Positions 37,227 to 45,491 of a stretch of 64,000 bases of DNA are shown here, one piece after another. Position 1 is the first letter of the stretch. The number at the start of each line of letters is the position of its first letter. The DNA is taken from assembly GCA_023430685.1 (NCBI GenBank), contig JAEYZH010000024.1, positions 1,372 to 65,371 on the forward strand, in the 5' to 3' direction. Source of the stretch: Pseudomonadota bacterium (GTDB taxonomy: Bacteria > Pseudomonadota > Gammaproteobacteria > Xanthomonadales > Rhodanobacteraceae). Made by a program: the position numbers and the translations under genes. The notes beneath the pieces are model-generated. The model did no database searches, was not told the DNA's origin, and was given only the letters and a program-made list of their open reading frames with translations.

Positions 37227-38222
37227 ATGTGCAGTATTCGGATCCGGCTTTTTGTTCTATCCATGCTCATCTACGGGTGGGCAACAACCTGTCTTGGGCA
37301 AGGCGCAGAGCCTCCTCCGCAAGCATCACAAGAAGTGTGCGCATCGGAGGAGGCGGCACTGCTGGATGTTCAAAATAGATACAAACCAATCATGGATTCT
37401 TTGGAGAAACGGGGGGCTGCCATCAGCGAAGAAGGGGACGAAACCAGCCTACTGCGGGTCGATCTCGTGTGGCGGGAAGAGAGATGGGTTTTCGACCTTC
37501 CAACGGTAAGCATGAAGACGAAAGACATGAGCCTCGACTTACCCCAGTTTTCAATGCGAAGGAAAGATATGTCCTTTGACATCGTCGAAACCTTCATGGG
37601 CACCACTGATTGCGGCAAGTATCCCGAGTTCACATGCAGCGGCTTCAAGTGTAGGGTGAAGTGGTCGGTTATACGTTGCGACCTCCCGCAGACCCGCAAG
37701 AAGCGCGTACGCATCTCGCTCGACGTCCCAGAAACCCGGTGGGATACGACCCATTTCTCGATGGATATCCCGGAGATCTCCATGCACAAACAAGAATGGA
37801 CGTTCAAGCTTCCGGACAAGGTGACTGTTGAGACCCTGGATGAACAAGTCGCGGAGATCAAGCTCAAAGGAGACGCGCTGAAGAGCGAGTCCGAAGCGGT
37901 TGTGCAAGCAATGCAGAAGGAGGTGACAGAGAGGACCAGTAGCATGCTGACCTGCCGCCGTCAGGACCTTCTCTCAAAACGATCCGGCGTCGCGTCTCAG
38001 TTCGACGCCGCGATTGCACAGTTCGATACATCGATCCAGATGATCACCGCTCAAGGGGGCAATCCGCGCGCAGTCATCAATGATCAAAAGGTCAGCGTCG
38101 ACATGCTCGCGGCAAAAGACGAATTGGTCAGGAACAAGGAGCGATCGATGGCTGAGTTTGATGCCGCGTTGAAGTCATTGGATGACGCCTCCACGAAGTC
38201 GCTGCAGGCCGTAGCCGGATAG
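37227..38222 (+). CDS. Secreted repeat-containing protein (331 aa), low-GC moron on the opposite strand
   Basis: ATG at 37227 after GAGAGGGGAA. Signal peptide MCSIRIRLFVLSMLIYGWATTCLG. About 13-aa repeats FDLPTVSMKTKDMS / LDLPQFSMRRKDMS / MDIPEISMHKQEWT, and a coiled-coil C-terminal half. GC is visibly lower than the flanks. Confidence 0.75.
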   Translation: MCSIRIRLFVLSMLIYGWATTCLGQGAEPPPQASQEVCASEEAALLDVQNRYKPIMDSLEKRGAAISEEGDETSLLRVDLVWREERWVFDLPTVSMKTKDMSLDLPQFSMRRKDMSFDIVETFMGTTDCGKYPEFTCSGFKCRVKWSVIRCDLPQTRKKRVRISLDVPETRWDTTHFSMDIPEISMHKQEWTFKLPDKVTVETLDEQVAEIKLKGDALKSESEAVVQAMQKEVTERTSSMLTCRRQDLLSKRSGVASQFDAAIAQFDTSIQMITAQGGNPRAVINDQKVSVDMLAAKDELVRNKERSMAEFDAALKSLDDASTKSLQAVAG

Positions 38223-38257
38223 TTCTTTCCAACGCGTTACCCTCCATAGTGCTTTCG

Positions 38258-38282
38258 GGGCCCAAGTCCAAAGCTTGGGCCC
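38258..38282. terminator. Stem-loop between convergent genes (terminator-like, no U-tract)
   Basis: GGGCCCAAG-tccaaag-CTTGGGCCC, a 9-bp perfect stem, lies between the stop of 37227..38222 (+) and the stop of terL (-). Confidence 0.4.
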
Positions 38283-38301
38283 TCTCGTGCCGAGTGATCG
38301 C

Positions 38302-39750
38302 CTAGGTCCACCCTGCCGCGCTGCGCTGCTTCACGGTGCGCGCGACGGCCGTCGGCGCCACCACGTTGCCGGCCCACGCCGCCTGGCAGGTGTGCTGGTG
38401 CGCATCGTGCGGATGCGAGAACCGGTTCTTCTCTGGCGCTTCCTTGTAGCGCTCGTCGCCCGACACGTTGAGCTTCGCGTAGCGATAGCCACCGAGGAAT
38501 CCGCGGCGCAGGTAGGTGCACTTCGGCGACAGCAGGTATCCCGGCTGGCCGTCGATCGTCGACTTCAGGAAGCGGATCACCGCGTCCTGGCGCGCAGCTG
38601 GATCGTTGGTCGGCGCCTCCTGCGTCGGGATGCCTTCCTCAGCCTGGATGTCCATGCACGAGGTCTCTTCGCCCTGCCCCTTCGCCGCGCCGGCCGGATC
38701 GCCCCACGACAGTCCGATGGGCATGCCGACGTAGTTCGCAGCGAGGTGCGGCTTCACGATCTCGCGCGTGAAGGTGCGGATCCCCATGCCCTCGCCGGCG
38801 GCGTCGACGACAAGCTCGTCGATCACGCGGAGCTGACCCTTCGGCGTCATTTGCGCGATCACGCAGGCGGGCGTGCGGCCGTAGTCCCAGCCCAGCAGCA
38901 GCGGCAAGCCGCGCCACGGCTCGAGGATGTCCGGCGCGCAGTGGATCGAATCGACGTACTCGGGGAACACGACGCGGCCGTCGAGCACGGTGCCGTACTG
39001 GCCAAGGATGTAGACCTTGATCCACTCGTCGGTTTTGCCCGGCAGCTGACGGAGCCAGTACTCGTAGCCCAGCTCGTGGTTCTGCACGTTCTCCGCGGCA
39101 GGGTTTGGCACGTAATCGGCCGGGCCGCGCTTGATGAGCGCCGGCGGCTGCGCCCAGAACTCGAAACCCTTCGGCCGCTCTTCCTCGGCGAGTCGATACC
39201 ACCAGTGGATGTCATCCGGCGGATTGGTGTCCATGATGACGCCGGACCAGGACGCGCCGCCGTCGCGCTTCGACGGATAGCGTCCGACGCGGCCCATCGC
39301 GGCGTCGATCACCGCCTTCGGGATTTCCTTCGCCTCGTTGATCCAGACGCCGGTCAGCTCCAGGGACAGCAGCTTCTTCACGTCCTTCGGGCGGTCCAGC
39401 GCGATGAACAGTATCTCGAGGTCGATGTCGCGCAGGCGAAGGCGACCGCGGATCGGCGCGTCGTACACGATCGGGCAGATGTCGTCCGGGAACCAGTCCT
39501 GCCAGGTCTTGATCGTGGTCGACTTCAGCTCCGCGTAGGTGTTGCGCACGATCGCCCAGCGACTGCGCCGGATGCCGCCCTTTCCCGGGCGCTGCTCGGC
39601 AGCGCGCCGGAACACTTCGACGCAGCAGCCGACCGACTTGCCCGAGCCGATCGGGCCGCGAATGCCGCGCACGAAGGCATTCGACGCGTGAAACCGCGCC
39701 AGCGTCGGCGATGCCGTGTAGTCGATGTGGATGGGGGTGAGCGCGGTCAC
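38302..39750 (-). CDS. terL: Terminase large subunit
   Basis: Walker A GPIGSGKS, then ...VWINEAKE (Walker B-like) and a C-terminal nuclease region. The GTG start overlaps the terS stop (GTGA). Confidence 0.9.
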   Translation of the reverse strand: MTALTPIHIDYTASPTLARFHASNAFVRGIRGPIGSGKSVGCCVEVFRRAAEQRPGKGGIRRSRWAIVRNTYAELKSTTIKTWQDWFPDDICPIVYDAPIRGRLRLRDIDLEILFIALDRPKDVKKLLSLELTGVWINEAKEIPKAVIDAAMGRVGRYPSKRDGGASWSGVIMDTNPPDDIHWWYRLAEEERPKGFEFWAQPPALIKRGPADYVPNPAAENVQNHELGYEYWLRQLPGKTDEWIKVYILGQYGTVLDGRVVFPEYVDSIHCAPDILEPWRGLPLLLGWDYGRTPACVIAQMTPKGQLRVIDELVVDAAGEGMGIRTFTREIVKPHLAANYVGMPIGLSWGDPAGAAKGQGEETSCMDIQAEEGIPTQEAPTNDPAARQDAVIRFLKSTIDGQPGYLLSPKCTYLRRGFLGGYRYAKLNVSGDERYKEAPEKNRFSHPHDAHQHTCQAAWAGNVVAPTAVARTVKQRSAAGWT

Positions 39751-40238
39751 TTGCCGGCGAGGTTCAGCGTGATGTTCACCGGCCGATCGGGGTCATTGGA
39801 CAGCTCGACCTTCTCGCGCCACTCGTCCTTCTGGCGGTTCTTCAGCCAGAAGATGCAGGCGACCGTGTCCGGCGGGTAGATCTCGGTGTACGGCACGATC
39901 ACCGGCTCGCCTTTGTCCTGCATGATCTTCACGGCCGGGTGCCGATAGCCGCACGCACGCTCGAACAGGCTGCGTACCACGCGAGCGTCAGCTTCGGCCT
40001 TCGCGGCTTTTAGGGCCTCCGAAAACTCGGGGTGCTCCTTCTTCCACAGGTTCAGGGTCGACTCGGCGATATCGAAGATGCGAGCGAGGTCGGCATCGGT
40101 CGCACCGAGGGGTGCAATCTCCTTGGCCATCCGGATGAACTCGGGGCGAAACGACGAAGGACGGCCGCCCGTCTTCGGTGCGGCCGCCTTCTTGTTCGCC
40201 CGGGCCTTCGCCGGTGCCGGCTTCTTGCGCGACGCCAC
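39747..40238 (-). CDS. terS: Terminase small subunit
   Basis: 163 aa with a basic N-terminus and the HTH-like segment ATDADLARIFDIAESTLNLWKKEHPEF. Sits immediately upstream of terL. Confidence 0.8.
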   Translation of the reverse strand: MASRKKPAPAKARANKKAAAPKTGGRPSSFRPEFIRMAKEIAPLGATDADLARIFDIAESTLNLWKKEHPEFSEALKAAKAEADARVVRSLFERACGYRHPAVKIMQDKGEPVIVPYTEIYPPDTVACIFWLKNRQKDEWREKVELSNDPDRPVNITLNLAGK

Positions 40239-40240
40239 GG

Positions 40241-40423
40241 TTACTGGACCTTGATCGTCCCGCGGCCGCTCGAACGCATCGGTCGGCCGGCGGCTGGCAC
40301 GCGGTGAGCGCGCGGCGCGGCCGGGATTGCCGCTGCCGGCGCCGGGACGCGGGCCGGCTTCGTCGGTGCACGCGGCGCCGGGGCGGGCTTGGCCGGCATC
40401 ATGCCGGCGGGGATCTTTCGCAT
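40241..40423 (-). CDS. Small basic Pro/Ala-rich protein (60 aa)
   Basis: GGAG lies 7 nt upstream of the ATG at 40423, directly after the Rz1 stop. Third-position GC is high. Function unknown. Confidence 0.4.
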   Translation of the reverse strand: MRKIPAGMMPAKPAPAPRAPTKPARVPAPAAAIPAAPRAHRVPAAGRPMRSSGRGTIKVQ

Positions 40424-40427
40424 GGTC

Positions 40428-40691
40428 CTACTCCGTGGGTTGCCCTGCCGCCCACTGGCGGAGGGATTCGAGCCTCGACCGCAGTTCGCGGAAGCCCGCG
40501 CGCAGGTCGAGGCGGTTGACCAGCTTCGCGCCGATCGTCTCGTTCTCCGGCACCGGCTCCGCGACATCGACCAGCAGGTCCGCCGGAGGCAGGACGCGTT
40601 CAGTCCGAACGGTCGGGATGCACTCCGGCGCCGGCTCCGGTCGCGGTGGCGACACCTGGCAGGCCGACAACGAAATCAGGCACGACAACAT
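40428..40691 (-). CDS. Outer-membrane spanin (Rz1-like lipoprotein)
   Basis: MLSCLISLSAC carries a lipobox (LSAC). The mature part is Pro-rich (QVSPPRPEPAPECIP). It overlaps the 3' end of the i-spanin gene in another frame (overlapped architecture). Confidence 0.75.
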   Translation of the reverse strand: MLSCLISLSACQVSPPRPEPAPECIPTVRTERVLPPADLLVDVAEPVPENETIGAKLVNRLDLRAGFRELRSRLESLRQWAAGQPTE

Positions 40692-41055
40692 CGAGGCAGC
40701 GAGCCAGATCCGGCTCGGCCTTTCGGCGCCACAGTTCGAGGTTCCGCTTCGCATCGCTCAGCTCCTTCTGGATCACCGCGCTGCGAGCCGCGGCGTTCCG
40801 GTTCACGTCCTCGCGCAACGCGAGTTCGCGCGCGTGGTCCCTCGCGGCCGTCTCGGCGTCCGCCTTCGCCCGCTCGGTCGCGGCGCGCGCTTCGTTGAGG
40901 TCCAGCACCAGATCGGTGCGGTCCTTCTCCATGCCGGCGACCTTCGTCTGCAGGGCATCGCGGTCCCGGAAGGCGCCGGCGATCGTGTCAACGCCGTACC
41001 AGGCGCCGAGGATCGCGACGATGGCGGCGATCGCGTAGGCGGCGAGCTTCGTCAT
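40600..41055 (-). CDS. Inner-membrane spanin (Rz-like)
   Basis: N-terminal TM MTKLAAYAIAAIVAILGAWYG followed by a charged coiled coil. The ATGA start overlaps the endolysin stop. Confidence 0.8.
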   Translation of the reverse strand: MTKLAAYAIAAIVAILGAWYGVDTIAGAFRDRDALQTKVAGMEKDRTDLVLDLNEARAATERAKADAETAARDHARELALREDVNRNAAARSAVIQKELSDAKRNLELWRRKAEPDLARCLDVVVPDFVVGLPGVATATGAGAGVHPDRSD

Positions 41056-41615
41056 GTCGTGGTCACTCCTGACTGCACGTTCGAGAAATCGGCGCGCTCG
41101 TACCGGCGGCGCGCCGCGTTGAATGCTTCGATCAGCTGGCCCATGCGGTGCTCGGGCTGGCCATACCCTGCACCCGGGAAGCTGGCCCAGATGCGCTTCG
41201 CTGCGACGATGGCGGCCTGCACGTCGCCGGCGTGCACCAATGGGAGCGAACCGCACTCCCGCAGTAGCTGGACGCAGGCGATGTCTTGGCTCTCCGGGCT
41301 GAAGTCGGGGAGCGAGAGCGCCGCGGCGAGAGCAGACCAGGTGCCACGCAGGAACTGGTAGCGCCCCGCGGCCGAAGATCGAACGACCTTGTCGGTGCCG
41401 TTCGCCGGATCCGCGAACTTCACCGGCACGACTTCGTTCGGGTGCGCGTCGTAGCCGGCAATCAGGCGGAGCCGTCCCGGGCGCGATCCGACCTGCACGT
41501 TGTAGCCGTCGTCGGACTCCGCGAGCATGCGCGGGCCAATCTCGCTGAACGCGATGGTGTCGAGCATGGCGCAGACGTTGGCGCCGCCTGCGCGCGCTAC
41601 CGAGATCCTGCACAT
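41052..41615 (-). CDS. Endolysin, lambda R-type lytic transglycosylase
   Basis: Aligns by eye with lambda R: LDTIAFSEIG (catalytic Glu), AAGRYQFLRGTW, FSPESQD, IWASFPGAGYGQPEH. Start set at ATG 41615 (GGAG 6 nt upstream). The track start at 41642 is GTG. Confidence 0.88.
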   Translation of the reverse strand: MCRISVARAGGANVCAMLDTIAFSEIGPRMLAESDDGYNVQVGSRPGRLRLIAGYDAHPNEVVPVKFADPANGTDKVVRSSAAGRYQFLRGTWSALAAALSLPDFSPESQDIACVQLLRECGSLPLVHAGDVQAAIVAAKRIWASFPGAGYGQPEHRMGQLIEAFNAARRRYERADFSNVQSGVTTT

Positions 41616-41671
41616 CGTCGGCTCCGAAACGGACCGCGCCACTCCGGCGCGATCCGCGGTCCAGGCCCGGC

Positions 41672-42151
41672 TTACTGCAGCTCGGGTTCGCCGAACACGA
41701 TCTCGGCGTTCGTCGCTTCGGCGAGCACGACCTCGAGCGCGCCGGTCGCGACCACTTCGCGCACGCCTTCGCCCATGTCGGCATCGCCGGCGGCGGTGAT
41801 CAGGGTCGCGCCCGCGCCGACCGCCAGCACGAAGGCGCTGGTGGCATCGATGCGCTCGATGACCGCGACGTCGGGATTGCTCGACTCGAAGCGGACCTCG
41901 CCGTCGACCGGGGCCGGGTTGCCAGCCTGCGTGGTCGGTGCGAACTCGATGCGGACCTTCTGCTCGTTCGTGATGCGTGCCATGACGTGCTCTCCTTCCA
42001 TGAAGGTTTCAGGTGTGATGTACATCCGCAGCCGCGCGCGGCGTGGCTGTGGCTTGTTGCCGAGTGCGACGCACATGAACCACAGCGCCGCGACCGCAGC
42101 TGCGAAGCTGCCGACGAGATAGCCAGCGATGAACTCGCCGGGCGAGGTCAT
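41672..42151 (-). CDS. Membrane-anchored protein with an Ig-like (Big_2-like) domain, inside the lysis cassette
   Basis: N-terminal TM FIAGYLVGSFAAAVAALWFMCVAL. The C-terminal ~100 aa is beta-rich: VRIEFAPTTQAGNPAPVDGEVRFESSNPDVAVIE...LITAAGD. The ATGA start at 42151 overlaps the upstream stop. An alternative internal start at 41983 has AAGGAGAG. Confidence 0.55.
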   Translation of the reverse strand: MTSPGEFIAGYLVGSFAAAVAALWFMCVALGNKPQPRRARLRMYITPETFMEGEHVMARITNEQKVRIEFAPTTQAGNPAPVDGEVRFESSNPDVAVIERIDATSAFVLAVGAGATLITAAGDADMGEGVREVVATGALEVVLAEATNAEIVFGEPELQ

Positions 42152-42462
42152 TCCGGCGTGTGTCCGAGTCGGCGAATCTGGTCCTCGAGGGCGGCGACGC
42201 GCCGCGTCAGCGTCGCGACCTTGTCCTCGGCGACCATGCGCTTCTGCCGCTCGCTCTCGAAGGCCGCCCATGCCTCTTCCTGCGCCTGCTCGAGCTTGCT
42301 CACGCGAGCCGTCAGGAGCTCGATCACGTCCGTGCGCGCCGATGCCTCGGCGGCGTCGGTTCGAATGCCGAACACCATCGGGACCAGTTTCGAGATCGCG
42401 AAGATCGCAAGCGCAGGGAGCAGCCCCCACTTGCCGATTGCTTCCAGGAGTGCGGCATCCAT
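42148..42462 (-). CDS. Single-TM plus coiled-coil protein (holin/antiholin or lysis regulator candidate)
   Basis: TM WGLLPALAIFAISKLVPMVFGI, then a charged helix. TGATG overlap with the upstream gene. Confidence 0.5.
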   Translation of the reverse strand: MDAALLEAIGKWGLLPALAIFAISKLVPMVFGIRTDAAEASARTDVIELLTARVSKLEQAQEEAWAAFESERQKRMVAEDKVATLTRRVAALEDQIRRLGHTPE

Positions 42463-42884
42463 CAGGCGGTATCCCTGTCGCTCTGGGTCATGTCGGTGCG
42501 CAGGGAAACCCAGATCGATGCCGCTAGCAGCGCGACGCCGCCAGCCATGCTCGGAGACAGGTAACCGACTGAAGCGACGCTGGCAGCGACGTACATCGTC
42601 CACATGCCGCAGGTCGCCGCGTTCACCCCGCGGGTCACGCCGATGCGTGGATTCCGCGCGATGATCCGCCACGTCAGCGCGATGCCGTCCGCAACCGAGA
42701 GTGCGACCCACACCCAGCGTGGCGCAGCGCGTAGCAGGGCGACGTACAGCGGTTCGGCGAGCACTCTGTCCGGCGCGAGCGCGAACGCCGCAGCCCAGAT
42801 CAGCGCCGCCATCGCGAGCATGACCCTGACCGGCAGGGTCGAGCTGTACCTGAGCGCCGTGCGTACCGGTGTCGGAGCCTTCAC
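42462..42884 (-). CDS. Holin candidate (140 aa, 4 predicted TM helices)
   Basis: First gene of the lysis cassette downstream of Q. GTG start after GAGG. A second in-frame Met (M22) allows dual starts. Four hydrophobic segments. Confidence 0.55.
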   Translation of the reverse strand: MKAPTPVRTALRYSSTLPVRVMLAMAALIWAAAFALAPDRVLAEPLYVALLRAAPRWVWVALSVADGIALTWRIIARNPRIGVTRGVNAATCGMWTMYVAASVASVGYLSPSMAGGVALLAASIWVSLRTDMTQSDRDTA

Positions 42885-43038
42885 ATGGTTGCCTCGAAGA
42901 GCGGGCGGCCGTCCTTGGCCGATGGCGCGTCCTTGCGCTCACTTCGGCAGCTTATGGAGCGCGACTTCGGGCAATAAGTGAATTAGCGATTGAATTGTTG
43001 GATGATGCTGAACAACTGCATGGCCCGAGGTGTTCCGG

Positions 43039-43620
43039 ATGCCTCTTCAGGAAGATGAGCTGCGTACGTGTCTGGCGGCGGCCAACGAATCCTTACTCGC
43101 CATCCAGATTGCTTACGGTCGGGAGAATGCGCCCGAAGCGCGGATTCGATTTCCACGTGGGTGGATTCGAACCGCTGCTACTCTGCGGCAGACGCTCCCG
43201 AACATGGGGACACCACTTGAAAGGCGGAACGCGTCATACGCGCTTCTAGGTCTCGAGCCAATGCGATGGCTCGCCGTCAGAACGGACATTAGCAATGCAG
43301 CCCTCAGCATGATCGTGAAGCAAATGATCGCGATTCTTGGCTCACTGCTCGAATGGTTCGTACGAGTCCCAACTCGCGACAGAAGGGGCCGGCATAGCTT
43401 CAACAAGCGTTCTCAGATGCTGGTGGCGCTTGGAATATTCGACGAAGAACAGAAGGCTGAAATCGACTGGGTATGGTCCAAACGCAGTGTTGGCTTACAC
43501 CTGCACTTACCCATCGCCTTGGAACATGAAGGATATACTCGGGCCGACTGGAATCGGGCTGCCGCTGCGTATGTGAGCGCGCGGAAGTCACTCGTAGACC
43601 TCCACGGTAGTGCGCCTTAA
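43039..43620 (+). CDS. Low-GC moron: HEPN-like (Rx4H) protein, 193 aa
   Basis: ATG at 43039 is 6 nt after GAGGTG. The C-terminal LVALGIFDEEQKAEIDWVWSKRSVGLHLH resembles the helix plus Rx4-6H signature of HEPN/DUF4145-type proteins. Opposite strand to all neighbours, and its stop overlaps the Q stop (TTAA). Confidence 0.6.
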   Translation: MPLQEDELRTCLAAANESLLAIQIAYGRENAPEARIRFPRGWIRTAATLRQTLPNMGTPLERRNASYALLGLEPMRWLAVRTDISNAALSMIVKQMIAILGSLLEWFVRVPTRDRRGRHSFNKRSQMLVALGIFDEEQKAEIDWVWSKRSVGLHLHLPIALEHEGYTRADWNRAAAAYVSARKSLVDLHGSAP

Positions 43621-44078
43621 GGGGCCGCTTGGCGTCGCAGATTCGCCAGATAGGCCAATGTCGCTTGATATGCATTGTGCAGTCGGTCGCGGAAGTCATT
43701 CCGGTGGCATTCGCACTCACTCGCGCGCCAGCTCATGCTGTTGCGTCGCAACCCTGATCCCGCACACATCGGACAGATCGGTCCGACGTTCGCGACGAGG
43801 TCAATCCGACCAGTGCCGCGGCACACGGTGCACGCAGGCGCCGAGCTCATCTCGAGCAGGATTGCGCTGGCAATCCGGAAGTGCGTGCCGTTCCTGGACT
43901 TGCATCCGATCGCTCGCAGCATGCTGAGCGCCACGGCCGCGGCGTAGACATACGCGCGCCGCTCCGCAGTGTTCGCCGCGTCGTCACGCAATGGGCCATA
44001 GGCGTCCCACAGGTACGGCGTCGACAGACCTGAGCGATGCAGTTCCGCGAGATCAAGTCCAGGATCGACGGCGACCAT
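43617..44078 (-). CDS. Q: Late-gene antiterminator, lambda Q family
   Basis: CTVCRGTGRIDLVANVGPICPMCAGSGL matches the lambda Q CRDCHGTGRAVD...CGRCKGVGYSR zinc motif. Positioned directly upstream of the lysis cassette. Confidence 0.8.
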   Translation of the reverse strand: MVAVDPGLDLAELHRSGLSTPYLWDAYGPLRDDAANTAERRAYVYAAAVALSMLRAIGCKSRNGTHFRIASAILLEMSSAPACTVCRGTGRIDLVANVGPICPMCAGSGLRRNSMSWRASECECHRNDFRDRLHNAYQATLAYLANLRRQAAP

Positions 44079-44089
44079 CGAACGATGCC

Positions 44090-44602
44090 TCAGGCGGCCG
44101 CCGGCGCGGTGCCAGCGCTCTCCGTGCGGAAGCCCCAGTGCGCCAGCAGCAGCGCTTCGGCACGACCGTCATCGCGTTTGCGCGAGAGCGGTGCATCGGG
44201 GAACCGGTCAATCGCGAGCGCGCGGCTCGCCTCCTTGTCGCATCCGATCAGCGAGTACGAGCGCTTCCAAACCTGCGGGGTGACCTGCAGGACGGGAATT
44301 CGCAACGCGGCCAGCACGCCGAGCACGCAACCATGCGACTGGCCGAAGCGGAACGTGCTCGCCAACCCCTGCCGCGGCATGGATCCGACGGCCTCGACGA
44401 CGCCATGCACGTACACGCCGGAGTGCCCCGCGATCTGCTCGCGCAGATAGCTGGCGAGATACGCCGCGTTCACCGCGCGCTTTCCGGCCTTGCCGCGGCC
44501 GCACGTTGGCATGTCGATCACGTCCGCGAACACGCCATCGGCCAGCACGCCGATGGCCCCCGTGAACCCGGGATCGATTCCGATCGTCAACCTGTGCGAC
44601 AT
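44090..44602 (-). CDS. RuvC-like Holliday junction resolvase
   Basis: MSHRLTIGIDPGFTGAIGVL (first catalytic Asp), ...VEAVGSMPRQG..., and C-terminal DDGRAEALLLAHW. Start at ATG 44602 after GGAGGA. Confidence 0.8.
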   Translation of the reverse strand: MSHRLTIGIDPGFTGAIGVLADGVFADVIDMPTCGRGKAGKRAVNAAYLASYLREQIAGHSGVYVHGVVEAVGSMPRQGLASTFRFGQSHGCVLGVLAALRIPVLQVTPQVWKRSYSLIGCDKEASRALAIDRFPDAPLSRKRDDGRAEALLLAHWGFRTESAGTAPAAA

Positions 44603-44811
44603 GCATCCTCCGTGGGTGGCGAGTCCAGCCGGACCGGCCCGTCCTCGTAGTGGGTCAAGTGCCAGCGCTTGCAGATGCCGCACTGGTACGCGCTGCGCTC
44701 CAATCGGTGCGGACCGCGCGGCTTCCCGCGCTTGGTGAACTGGGTGCGCAGCAGCGCGCGGCGCGCAGCCGACGCGTTCCGATATGTCTTCTTCCCTGAC
44801 TTGCACGACAT
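44587..44811 (-). CDS. Small zinc-ribbon protein (74 aa)
   Basis: MSCKSGKKTYRNASAARRAL...RSAYQCGICKRWHLTHYE. GGGAGGG lies 9 nt upstream of the ATG at 44811. It is the C-terminal part of a longer spurious track ORF. Confidence 0.6.
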   Translation of the reverse strand: MSCKSGKKTYRNASAARRALLRTQFTKRGKPRGPHRLERSAYQCGICKRWHLTHYEDGPVRLDSPPTEDACRTG

Positions 44812-44816
44812 GCACG

Positions 44817-45491
44817 TCAGCCCTCCCGGTAGCAGGCAGGGAGCAGGTGATCGACGCGGCGCCGTTGAGCCCACGCGAGCAGCTTCTCCGGCGGCACTTC
44901 GCGCCAAGACTCGAATCCGAGTTCGGCCTTTAGGGATTCCCAGCACCAGCGCTGCAGATGCTCGATGCGCCAGCGGTCCCACGTTTCGGGCGGAGCGATG
45001 CGCGACTCGCCGTGCTGGTGCTGGAGGTTGTGCTCGCTGTCGTGCAGTGGCACGCCGCAGTACGGCGGCTTGATCCCGACGCCTGCGCCCTCGGCAACGC
45101 GGCGCAGGTGCGCGAACACGATCGGGTTCTGGTCCCCGCCATCGCGCTCGCACGCGGCGCACACCTGCTTGCGGCACCAGGCCTGATAGGCAGCGTCGGT
45201 GCCGACCGCACGCCAGACGTCAGGCGTGCGGAAGAACGACGACAGTTTCAACTCGCGCGCCTGCTCGCCGTAGCTCGGCGCAGACGTCGCGGCGGCCTGC
45301 ATTTCACCCGCAGCGGCCTGCCGCGTGATTCGCGCCACGGCGACGGGCATGTCCGGTTCGAGCCACGAAGCCAGCACGTCGCGGAACCGCGGCTCGATGT
45401 CGATCGTGAGGCGGATGCTTCCGTCCTTCAGGACCTTCGTGACTGTGGCGCTACCGATCGCTGCCTGACGGTCGTCGATCATGCGATCCAT
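44817..45491 (-). CDS. Phage protein with a CxxC ... HxxxH nuclease-like motif (DUF968-like as I recall it)
   Basis: CAACERDGGDQNPIVFAHLRRVAEGAGVGIKPPYCGVPLHDSEHNLQHQHGES. The start is either ATG 45491 or ATG 45482, the latter overlapping the upstream stop as ATGA. Confidence 0.55.
   Translation of the reverse strand: MDRMIDDRQAAIGSATVTKVLKDGSIRLTIDIEPRFRDVLASWLEPDMPVAVARITRQAAAGEMQAAATSAPSYGEQARELKLSSFFRTPDVWRAVGTDAAYQAWCRKQVCAACERDGGDQNPIVFAHLRRVAEGAGVGIKPPYCGVPLHDSEHNLQHQHGESRIAPPETWDRWRIEHLQRWCWESLKAELGFESWREVPPEKLLAWAQRRRVDHLLPACYREG

Noticed and set aside
38275-39879. 534-aa plus-strand ORF
   Set aside because: It is antisense to terL (Walker A and nuclease region) and has no motif.
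40241-40567. Full 108-aa version of the ORF between Rz1 and terS
   Set aside because: Its N-terminal part overlaps Rz1 in another frame and is Arg/Ser-rich. Only the last 60 codons, which follow a GGAG RBS after the Rz1 stop, were kept, at low confidence.
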